Positions 54,877 to 64,000 of a DNA stretch of 64,000 nucleotides are shown here, one piece after another. This DNA comes from Emiliania huxleyi CCMP1516 (lineage: Eukaryota), in the NCBI RefSeq assembly GCF_000372725.1, contig NW_005202428.1, forward strand, positions 2,531,791 to 2,595,790, in the 5' to 3' direction. Position numbers and translations under genes: made by a program. The stretch's first letter is position 1. Each line of letters opens with the position of its first letter. Under the pieces are notes generated by a model. It searched no databases. It saw nothing but the letters and a program-made list of their open reading frames with translations, and was not told where the DNA came from.

Positions 54877-56113
54877 CTGAGGGAGGGTGTAGAGGATGTA
54901 GAGTGTGGAGCGCTGTAGAGCTGTAGAGATGTAGAGCGCTCTGGAGCACTGTAGAGCTGTAGAGCTCTACATCCGCCGCGGGACGAGGCGCGTGCGTTGT
55001 AGAGCGATGTAGAGCGCGATTTTGCTGTATGTATAGAGTTTGTTGTAGAGGCTTTACAGCCAAACCGCCGGGAAGGCAGTGACTCAAAGAGGTCGAGTCG
55101 CACTAATGGGGTGTCTCCGAGCTTACTGGAGCCCCGATGGACGGCCCTGACTATCACTGACACACAGAGAGTCCCTCTGACGGCACACAACACCCTATAA
55201 CTGCGTCATGATTGTTGTATCGCGCGCCTTGCGGGGGGGGGGGGCGCGGAAAAGAGGAACCTCTTAGCGCCCTCGCCACGGTGCTGCAAGCAGCGCCGGG
55301 CGACGACGACTTACCGCCTCCCGGTCCCCCTCGGCACACCTCCGCTGCTCAATGTTTGACGACTCGAACCCGTGAAGCTTCCCCGCGCGCGGGTTACCCC
55401 GCACACGGGTCAGCCTGCCAGCCACAAATCCACGCAAGCGTGGTCCGCGCGCATGGCATACAGGCGTCCGCCAGACAGCGCAGAGGCTAGGCGACCGGGG
55501 GAGGACTAGCTCAAGGGCAACACAGCGTCACCAGCCGTTGGCTGGTGACGCTGTGACCAGCCTGCCATGCGTCGCCGGTGCCGCATTCGTCGCTGTGCTT
55601 CTTTAGCAGGCGGTGGACTGTCGGCTGCGAGGACGGTTGCACATTTGCGCGAGGCGAGGCGAGCATTCAGACGCGCTGCATGCGCCATGACTCGCGCCAG
55701 CACGCGTGCGGGAGCTCCTGGCTGAGCGTTGAGTCCAGGCGAGTTGCGCTGGCCACGATCGCTACGCCAAGCCGAGCTGACGCGCCGAGGCGCCGGCCAG
55801 TCGCAGCCGTGAGGCATGCCACAGCAGCAGAGGCACCTGCCACCCATTGGGCGGGCAGACAGAAGGCCAGGGCAGCACTGCCACTGGCAAGTGCAACGCG
55901 CCTCATGTCGGAGAGCGACCGTGCCTCGTTCCTATCGCCGCTTACGATGTAGAGTTTGTTGTAGAGATTTCACGTTGTAGAGCGCCTGTACATCGCTCTA
56001 CAACGCACGCGCCTCGTCACGCGGCGGATGTAGAGCTCTACAGCTCTACAGCGCTCTCCAGCTCTACAGTTCTACAGCGCTCTACACTCTACATCCTCTA
56101 CACCCTCCCTCAG
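54877..56113. mobile_element. Non-autonomous DNA transposon, long (~170 bp, imperfect) TIRs starting CTGAGGGAGGGTGTAGAG, 8-bp TSD CAAGTCAT
   Basis: TSD at 54869-54876 and 56114-56121. TGTAGAG/CTCTACA subterminal arrays. An uninterrupted single CAAGTCAT site exists in the paralogous repeat near 41148. Confidence 0.92.
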
Positions 56114-56473
56114 CAAGTCATATCGTTGCTCAGGTCCACTCTCTCTTCGAACACTTGTACCTCCACCGATGATGTTGGCGCTGGGGTCCCCTTCGGGTGC
56201 ATCGTGACAGCTGACGACGGGATTACCACAGCGCACAGGTGTTTCGTCCTCCTCGGGGTCGTCTTCCCCGGCTTCCCCCGGTTCGGCTCTATACGTTCAG
56301 CACGTTCAGCGTGGCTCACCCTCCATGCCGTGAATAGGCGCTAAGAAAGAACGACAAGGCTTTAGAAATTCTTTTTATCACAACGAAGTAATGAGCGCGC
56401 TCTAGCGCGCGCCAGCAGTAAAGAAAGAAGAAAGAAAACAGACAACCCAAGGGAGGGATGGGAGGACGGCACG

Positions 56474-56917
56474 TTGGGCTCAACGAGGTTTTCCGGAAAA
56501 CAAAAAGGAAAACAGAGGGTCCCCAGCACTTTGCGTTTCCGGAAATTTCCAGGGAAAACAGAGGGTGTTTGGTGCTCCATTCTAGAAACTCGCGAGTTTC
56601 CCTGAGTCTGAGAGCTGGTCTGGCGTCTGGGGCAAAATCTGAGGCAAAATTGAGGAAATCGACAAAATACCCAGGCGGTCGCAGGGTAATTTCCAGGTAT
56701 ACACGGTTTCTCCGCGAAATTCCCGGCATTTTGCCGATTTGGCCTAAAATTTGGCTGATTTTGGGCCCAAACCAGCCTCAGACTCGGCTCAGAGCCAAAA
56801 ATTTGACGATTTCCACGGAGTTTTCCCGGGAAAATAGAGAGGAAAAGAGAGGGTGCTGTAGAGAAAAAAGGAAAGGAAAACAGACGGGGTGCGAGAGGCA
56901 AACCTCGTTGAGCCCAA
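56474..56917. mobile_element. AT-rich MITE, 18-bp perfect TIR TTGGGCTCAACGAGGTTT
   Basis: Partner AAACCTCGTTGAGCCCAA at 56900-56917. GGAAA/TTTCC-rich interior. It interrupts a repeat that is contiguous near 40780. No clean TSD. Confidence 0.78.
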
Positions 56918-57216
56918 ACAAACAAACGGGACGCCGCCACCGCGCCACCACACAGGCAGGGATTTTAAGGAGAGGAGTGTGGTGCTAGCCGTCGCCCACC
57001 CTAATAACCCTTGGGCGTCTGCCTCTTTCTATCTCTCTTCGCAGTCCCTAGGCGATCCTCGCTGCAACCTTCATGCCGCCAAGTCAGCCTCTCTGCGCGC
57101 CTAGGAAATTCTCTTCGTTCGCCCCTCTTTGTGGACCAGCCTCTCTCTCGCTCGCTCGTGCCAGCCTCCTCTCGCCCCTCGCCCTACCTAGTTCGCGAGT
57201 GCTTCCGAGAGTTCTT

Positions 57217-58258
57217 ATGAACGGCACCGTCAACGCCAAGAATGTGGACATCATGGGCTATATTCGCGGCGCCCACGAGGAGGGCGAGCACATCTGCGAC
57301 GGCTTTGTCTTCACGCAGCCCGGCGGCCGGAAGAACGCCGCTGGCGATCCCATCTACGGCTGGAACGACATCGAGGCGGTGCGCTGCGCAAAGTGCGGCG
57401 CGCGGGACGATCGGCACGTGCTGCTCGGCGACATCAACGAGGAGGTCGAGCGGCGCGTCGAGGCACGCCGCAATCGCGAGCAGGCGGCGCGCACAGCGGC
57501 CGTCAAGCGGGCGGCAGACGCAAAGCCGGCGCTGCCGGCGTCGGCGCCCGCCGTGATTGCCGCAGCGCCTCCCGCCGCCTCGGACCCGTGGCTGCTGGAC
57601 GAGTCCACCGACCCGCTGAGCGTGCTGAGCGGCGCGCCGCCAAAGCCAAAGGTCTCTGCGGCGTACTCCCCGTACTTGTCCGAGGTGCAGTACCCGCCGC
57701 AGCAGCAGGCGCAGGGCGAGAGGGACCCCTTCAAGGAGGAGGCGCGCAGAGACGCGAGATGCCGCCGAGATGCCGCCGAGATGCCGCCGAGATGTGGTCG
57801 AGAGCGGTCGAGATGCGGAGATGCGGAGATGCGGCCGAGAGCTGAGAGGGCTCGATGTCGCGATCCCGAGACCTCGCGGCCGCTCGGCCGTCCCCTGAGG
57901 GAGCTTTGCGCCTGCGAGCAGGTGGAGCGCATGGTGCGCGAGAGTCTGGTGCGAGGAGGAGCGCTTCCTCCGCCCGCAGACCAGGCGCCATCCTCTCCTC
58001 CTCCCCTCCTCCCCTCCTCCCCTCCTCCCCTCCTCCCCTCCTCCCCTCCTCCCCTCCTCCCCTCCTCCCCTCCTCCCCTCCTCCCCTCCTCCCCTCCTCT
58101 CCTCGCCGATCTCTCGAGCCGCGATCTCAGCTCCCGCGGTGACGGCTGGTGGGCTGTGGAACTAGGCACCGCCAGACGAGCTGCAGTCCAAGCTGGCCGC
58201 GGCGGAGGCGCAGCTAGCGATGGCACAGAAGAAGCTCGCCGAGGCGGGGCTTGCGTGA
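57217..58258 (+). CDS. Hypothetical protein with putative N-terminal zinc-binding module and C-terminal coiled coil, multi-exon
   Basis: H..C DGF...CAKC......H; last exon ELQSKLAAAEAQLAMAQKKL; typical repeat-filled introns. Confidence 0.6.
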
Positions 58259-59107
58259 GATCGAGCCAGTGACGGGTGGGGGTCGGGGCGTGGGGCGAGA
58301 CTGTTCGAACGCGCGGTCTCCGAGGCATGTTCATGTGGAGGTTGGAGCGAGAGCCTTGGGGCAGCTCACCGTGGTGAGCCAGCTGCCAGTCCGAGCCGCC
58401 GTGCGTGTCGATGATCGTCTCTGGATTCATCGGCATCAATGTAGTGCTATCGTTCTTGCTTGTGGAGAGGTGCGCGCTGCGTCTGTGGTCCTCTCGGCGG
58501 CAACAGCCAAACGGGACACAGGCCTCTATCTACTCGTCTGACGTCTCGCCTCGCTCTCGCGGGCGCGAACAGCGGGGTCGCGCTCTCTAGTCAGCGACGG
58601 CTTGGCGCAGTGGCGCAGAGCCATGGCGCAGAGGCGGGCCCCGCACCTGTGCGCTGGGTCGCTAGGGCTGGGTAGACCAGAAGCAAATTTGATATCTAGC
58701 AATTTCCTCCCAACACCTCACACACGACAGAGGAGAGACGAGAGGTGGCACGACACGGCACACGCTCGGACAGCACGGTTTTAAAAATGACCGTGCCACG
58801 GAAGCCTTGGGGAAGCGGCAGAAGGCGAAAGCAGCTATTAGCACAAATGCGCCGTAAGCGTGACGAGTAAGAAAGAACACAACAGAGCGACACACCAGAC
58901 TGGCACGTGGCAGTCAGAGAGTCAGGACGAGACAGGAACAGAGAGGGAAAGTAGATTGGACAGTGAGCGAATGGTCGGTACATCTCGATTCAGGAACGAG
59001 GGGGTGAAAGATGTAAGGGTGGTTGTGCATGTAGGAACAGGGTACACAAGTGTGCCGGGCGTCAGAGGGACGGTACGGGTAGAGACATGGGCCGATGTGA
59101 GTTGTGA

Positions 59108-60157
59108 TTAGAGGGCGGGTTCAGCTCGACGGGCGAGGGAGGAGCGAGGGCGGGAAGAGGTATGAGCCCCGCAGGTCGTCCAGCGTCGAGCACGGCGAGA
59201 GGGACGCCTAATCTCGGCAGTTTGCAGTGACCCAACAACCCTGCCTGTGCGTGCGAGATCTCGGATGCGAACCGCCTTTGCGAGGTCCAGCTTTAGCAAC
59301 GGTTCAGGCGCTGCCGCCGCCTCCACATCCTCGCCCTCCGATTCCTCCACCTCCTCGCCCTCGTCCACATCGGAGCTCACCGTAAGCGGCGAGGGGCAGA
59401 AGCGAGTAGGCAACTGCGATCCCTCAAGCGCTGCCACTGCCTCCGTCGCTGCCTTGCCTGCAGCTTTTGTCGTAGCCGCTGCTCCGGATTGGCCCGTCAT
59501 GTGCGGCAGCATCTCGCAGATGCTACGCGTGCTCACGCTGCGGAAGCAATATTGGTCATACATGGCAACCGTCGCTTGGTGCCTCGCCAGAGAGCGGTCC
59601 GCGCAGCAGTCTTCGACCAGCAGCACGTCGAAGCCGCGGTGGAAGGCCCCGAGGGCGGTACTGAGCACGCACGCCGAGGTGATGAGGCCACAAACAAGGA
59701 CCCGCGTCACGCCCAAACGGCACAGGCACGCCTCGAGCTCCGTCCGGAAAAAGCCGTCAAAGGTCGACTTCATCACCACCAGCTCGCCCTCGATCTCTTT
59801 GGCCCACGCCTCTGGCTCTGGAAGGATGGGCACCCTGTTGAGTGAGGGGTTGAGGCGGCGCATCGTGGCCACGTGCGGCGATCGCTCATAGTTCGCACGC
59901 ACGTGGACGACACGCACATCGTGAAGCCGCGCAGTTGTGAGCAGGGCTGCTGTCCGGTCTGGCAGAAGAGGGAAGGCAGCCCTCGCGAGGCCACCTGGGC
60001 TGTCTGAGTACCAACAGCGCTGAACGTCAACTACGATGAGCGCGGATCGCCGGCCGTCACCGAGCTGCGCGCTGAGGTCAAAGGCTGCGCACGAGTGCGG
60101 GTTTTTCAACCTTAGTAAGTCGCAGAACTGGCTCGAGTCCTTGTGGCTTTCGTCCAT
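59108..60157 (-). CDS. Isochorismatase-family cysteine hydrolase
   Basis: ALIVVDVQ (Asp), MKSTFDGF (Lys), GLITSACV (Cys) and VEDCCAD. The 3' end may be spliced. Confidence 0.88.
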   Translation of the reverse strand: MDESHKDSSQFCDLLRLKNPHSCAAFDLSAQLGDGRRSALIVVDVQRCWYSDSPGGLARAAFPLLPDRTAALLTTARLHDVRVVHVRANYERSPHVATMRRLNPSLNRVPILPEPEAWAKEIEGELVVMKSTFDGFFRTELEACLCRLGVTRVLVCGLITSACVLSTALGAFHRGFDVLLVEDCCADRSLARHQATVAMYDQYCFRSVSTRSICEMLPHMTGQSGAAATTKAAGKAATEAVAALEGSQLPTRFCPSPLTVSSDVDEGEEVEESEGEDVEAAAAPEPLLKLDLAKAVRIRDLARTGRVVGSLQTAEIRRPSRRARRWTTCGAHTSSRPRSSLARRAEPAL

Positions 60158-60501
60158 GCTCGCGGCCAGCTCCTGGTAATTCTGGGACGGACTCGGGAAA
60201 CGTCCGCTGAAGGTCCGGTCGTCCGGCGCAGATTCCGCTGCTACGAGATCGCCAGTTCGACGCCATTCGTCCTTGCTCTCTCAGTTTTAGGTATGCTCTC
60301 TCAGTGTGCTCTCTCTCTTCTCTCTAAAAAATGAACTTTTCTCTCTAGTGTATGTGGCGACGTACATTCCCGGATGAGGACTCTCCTGACAGGGTTTGCA
60401 ATGAGGAGCGGTCCGCAATCTTTGCAGGTGGAAATTCTTCTTGTGGAAAATCCGCTGCGACGACCGCTCGCGCGTTGTCCGGGCCGCTCGCTTTGTTGCC
60501 G

Positions 60502-63500
60502 ATGCGCGGGGCCGCGATCAGGGCACTCGTCGCAGCAGCGACGACATTCCCTGTCGGCGCCGGCTCGCGCGCTTTGAAGGACAAGGATGATGCCGCCCTT
60601 TTGCCGCTGCCCGCCTCTCCTTCTCCTCAGGCACCTCCTACACTGAGCTGCGCATCGGTCTCGTCCTGCGCGGGTCTCGATCTCCTGGCTGGAGCGGTCC
60701 TCTGCACCGACCGAGGAGAGTGCCGGCCACAGGCTGAGGCCGACTGCGGCAGCGTCTGCTTCGTCCCGGCGGCCTGGCCCATCGCCGAGAGCGGCAGCGG
60801 CGACGCCGGAGCGGAGCTTGCGCCTCGGCCAGCGGCCGAGGCAGCGGAGCCCGCCGAACCCGCGGAACTGGCCGGCGCGGCGGCGGAGTCGGGCGGGGCG
60901 GAAACGAGCGCAGAGGCAGCGGACGCAGAAGCAGAGGCGGTGACGGTGGTGGAGGCGGTGGAGGCGGTGGAGGCGGAGGCGGTGGAGGCGGAGGCGGTGG
61001 AGGTGGACCCGGCGGAAGAGCCTGGGCCCGGCGAGGCGCACGGCGAGGCGGAGAGCGAGCCGCAAGAGGAGGCGCAGCCGCTGCCGCTGCCGCAGCAGCA
61101 GCAGCAGCAAGAGCATCACGCGTCCGAGGCGCAACGGCACTCGCCGGGCCTCGGCGAGAAGGTGTGCAAGGCGAAGGCGGGCCTGGTGCACTGCTGGCTC
61201 GCCGGCTGCGTGGCCGAGTGCTCCAGCGAGATCGCGCCCGCCCTCCTCCTCCTCCTCATCGTCGGGATGTCTGCGCACACCTTTGGCTCGCTGCTGTCCG
61301 GGCTGGGCTTCCCCGCCATCACCACCTTCCTCTTCTTCGGCGTGGTCGCCGGTCCGTACGGCACAAACATCGTGTCCGCCGAGGAGGCGGCCAAGCTCAC
61401 CTGGCTCAACAATGTTGCCCTCGGCTTCATCGGCCTGTCTGCGGGCGGCAAGCTCCACCTCAACGAGGTGCGCGAGAACCTGTCCGCCGCGCTGAGCGTG
61501 CTCGGCGGGCTGGTGACCGTCACCTACTTCGGCTCCATCACGACGACGCTGCTCTTCGGACACATCGTACATCTCGCACCTCCTCGGGCAGGAGAGCGAG
61601 GCTGTGAACAGCGTCTCTTCACACCTCTAGCTGTGAATAGTTCCTCCCCTTCCTCGTCGACGTCACGCTCAACGATAAGATGTCCGCCGCGCTGCTCATC
61701 GCCTGCCTCGCGGTCGCTCGCTCGCCCTCCTCCGCCATCGCAATCATCGAGGAGCTGCACGCCAAGGGCCCCTTCACCACCACCGTCCTCACCGTCACCG
61801 TGCTGATGGACGTGGTCGTCGTGCTGCTCTTCGCGCTCACGCAGCTGGTGGTGAGCTCGCTGCAGGAGGGCGGCGCGGGCGAGGGCGGCGCGGAGGGCGG
61901 CGGAAGCCTGCTGCTCGAGTTCGTGCAGCAGACCCTCCTCTCGGTCGTGCTCGGTTGCCTGATCGGCTTCTCGATGCCGCTCATCTACGCCTGCCCCATC
62001 CCCGAGCCAGACCGGCGAGAGAAGGGGTGGCGCGGTGCGCTGGCCTCCTCCCTCTGCGCCTGGTCGCAGCCTGCCTCTCGAGCCCCCCCTACCTTCTCGC
62101 AGGCGCGCTGGCCTCCTTTTTCCGCGCCACCGTCGGGGTGCTCCTCTCGGTGGCGCAACGGACAACCCTCCTCTTCACCGGGTTCGCCCTCTTCTTCGAC
62201 GAGCGGTACGAGGAGGTGACGGCGGGACGCGCGGCGATCAACCCGCTCGTCTGCTGCATGGTTGCCGGCTTCGTGACGAGCAACCTGACCGCGGGGGGCC
62301 ACGCCTTCCACGAGGCGGTGACGGACCTGTCTGGCCCGATCTACCTCCTCTTCTTCACCTTCACGGGCATCACGATGGACCTGGGCGTGCTGTGGCGCAA
62401 CCGCTCCGCCTGCATCCTCCTCTTCGGCTCGCGCTCCGTCTTCATCGTCCTCGGCTCGCGGATTGGCGGCCAGCTCGGCGGCCAGCCAGCCGAGTACTAC
62501 AACCGCTACTGGATGTCCTTTCTCACTCAGGCGGGCGTCACGCTCGGCCTCGCCCAGTCGGTCGCCCCCCACTTTGTGTGGGGCCCCGACTTTGCGGCTT
62601 GCATCGTCGCGCTGGTCGTGTGCAACCAGATCGTCGGCCCGCCCCTCTTCAAGCACGTCATCAAGCTCGTCAACGAGTCCAACATCGGGTACAACCCCGC
62701 GGAGGTGCCAAAGACTGGCTACGGCCCGCGGATCCGCAACCTCGGCAACGTCAAGAACTCGTCGCTCGGCAAGCCCAAGCCGCGCGGCGTGCTCTGCATC
62801 AAGAGCGCCGACTCGCCCCTCGGCGAGGCGATCACGCGCCGGCTGCGCGAGCTGCAGTGGGAGGTGCTCGTCGCCGACGAGACCTTCTCGCTCAACACGA
62901 GCGTGGACGAGTCGGAGCAGCTGGAGAAGCGCTCGCGCTACAACATCATCGGCCTGCCCGACGAGCTGCAGCGCGAGCTCCTCTCCCGCGAGGGGGCGCA
63001 GGGCATGCCGATCAAGCCGTGGGAGAAGCTCGTCGCCCACCGCTCCATGCCAACCATGCCAAAGCTCCCAATCTCCGAGAGAGACCTCTGGGGCGGCTCC
63101 CCCGTCGTCGCCACGCCGCGGCGCCGCGCCGACGAGGCCCTCCCGTCCGGCTGGGAGCAGCGTCTCTTCACACCTCGCCTGTGGACAGGCGCAGCCCCGA
63201 CCAGGCCCTCGCCGCCCTCCACTCGCGCGGCTTCGGCTCCAACCCGCTCGAGCGGTCCCGGATGCTCGCCTCGAAGCAGCTCGGCTCCGACGCCGTCAGC
63301 TTCGCCGCCGCTGCGGCGCGCACGCCCTTGCCCCGGCTCGACCTCGGTCGCTTCGACGTCGAGTCCGGCGAGGGGCAGGTGCTCGGCTCGCGGCGGACGC
63401 AGATGCCGCAGCGCAGCGGCTCGGTGCGGCGGGCGAGAGCTTCCCTTCAGCGTTCCGGCGCGTCTTCACGGCTGCACGTGTGAGCAGGTGCGGCTGACAG

Positions 63501-64000
63501 CGGGCGAGCCTCGCGAGCCGCGCCGCTCGCCGAGGTCCGGCTCCGGGGGCCGTGCCCACACGCCTCGCGGCCGGCGCGGCTCGCACGACCTCGAGGACGA
63601 CCCGGCCCGGTACGCGTACTCGATGCGGCTGCTCTGGCTGGCAGCGTCGATGAAGAACCTCGACGTGATCCTCGTCCTCGTCTCGTCCGATTCGGAGTGC
63701 CTCGAGGTCTGCCGCCTCGTCAACGAGCTGATGCCGATGATCGAGCGGTCGCGCAAGGCGAGCTGGTCCAAGCCGCCGCAGGTCGTCATCTCGCTCGAGG
63801 ACGAGACGCAGGCGCACCAGCTCACGCCGAGCCCAAACTGCGAGCCGCCGCTCGTGATCGGGCCGCGGCTCGCGCTGCCGCGCCTCATCTGCGAGGTGCT
63901 CCACCCGACGGCGCACTACACGGGCTCGTTCGAGTCGTCCCCGCTCCTCGACGACTCGCTCTCGGTGTCGGACCTGTCCGACCTCGGCCACATGCTCGAC
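60502..64000 (+). CDS. Cation/proton antiporter (CPA, Na+(K+)/H+ exchanger family) with acidic N-terminal region, multi-exon, runs off the window
   Basis: PAITTFLFFGVVAGP, ALGFIGLSAGGKL, VARSPSSAIAIIEEL, VTVLMDVVVV, FFTFTGITMDL, QAGVTLGLA and NQIVGPPLFK. Confidence 0.88.
61567..61640 (+). other. 74-nt GT-AG intron of the antiporter gene, near-identical copy of insulysin intron 19610-19683
   Basis: Removal gives in-frame LLFGHI|FLPFLVDVTLNDKMSAALL; 72/74 identity with 19610-19683. Confidence 0.88.

Overview
This is GC-rich, intron-dense eukaryotic nuclear DNA. The many short GC-AG/GT-AG introns, 10-11 nt intronic tandem repeats, interstitial TTAGGG and long microsatellites point to a haptophyte such as Emiliania (Gephyrocapsa) huxleyi; the host is inferred, not confirmed. 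About 20 protein-coding genes are visible: PKA catalytic subunit, an EF-hand protein, an ADP1-like ABCG transporter, a TTL-family ligase, insulysin with N-terminal Cys-rich repeats, a RING-CH E3, a subtilase, Prune/PPX1 exopolyphosphatase, a LONRF-like protein, P5C reductase, a sulfotransferase-like protein, a CobW GTPase, a patatin, an isochorismatase, a cation/H+ antiporter and several hypotheticals. Between them lie non-autonomous DNA transposons whose TIRs, and in most cases TSDs, can be read directly. The standout signal is an apparent intron-generating and intron-copying process. Many introns begin or end with a copy of the neighbouring exon. One 74-nt intron carrying insulysin coding sequence (19610-19683) reappears with identical boundaries and 72/74 identity as an intron of the antiporter gene about 42 kb away (61567-61640). 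One intron is five back-to-back 67-nt GT..AG units. A group of three CTGAG...CTCAG elements is also present, two with exact 8-bp TSDs and one carrying a truncated tyrosine recombinase. Gene coordinates are outer bounds read by eye; exon structures are only partly resolved.
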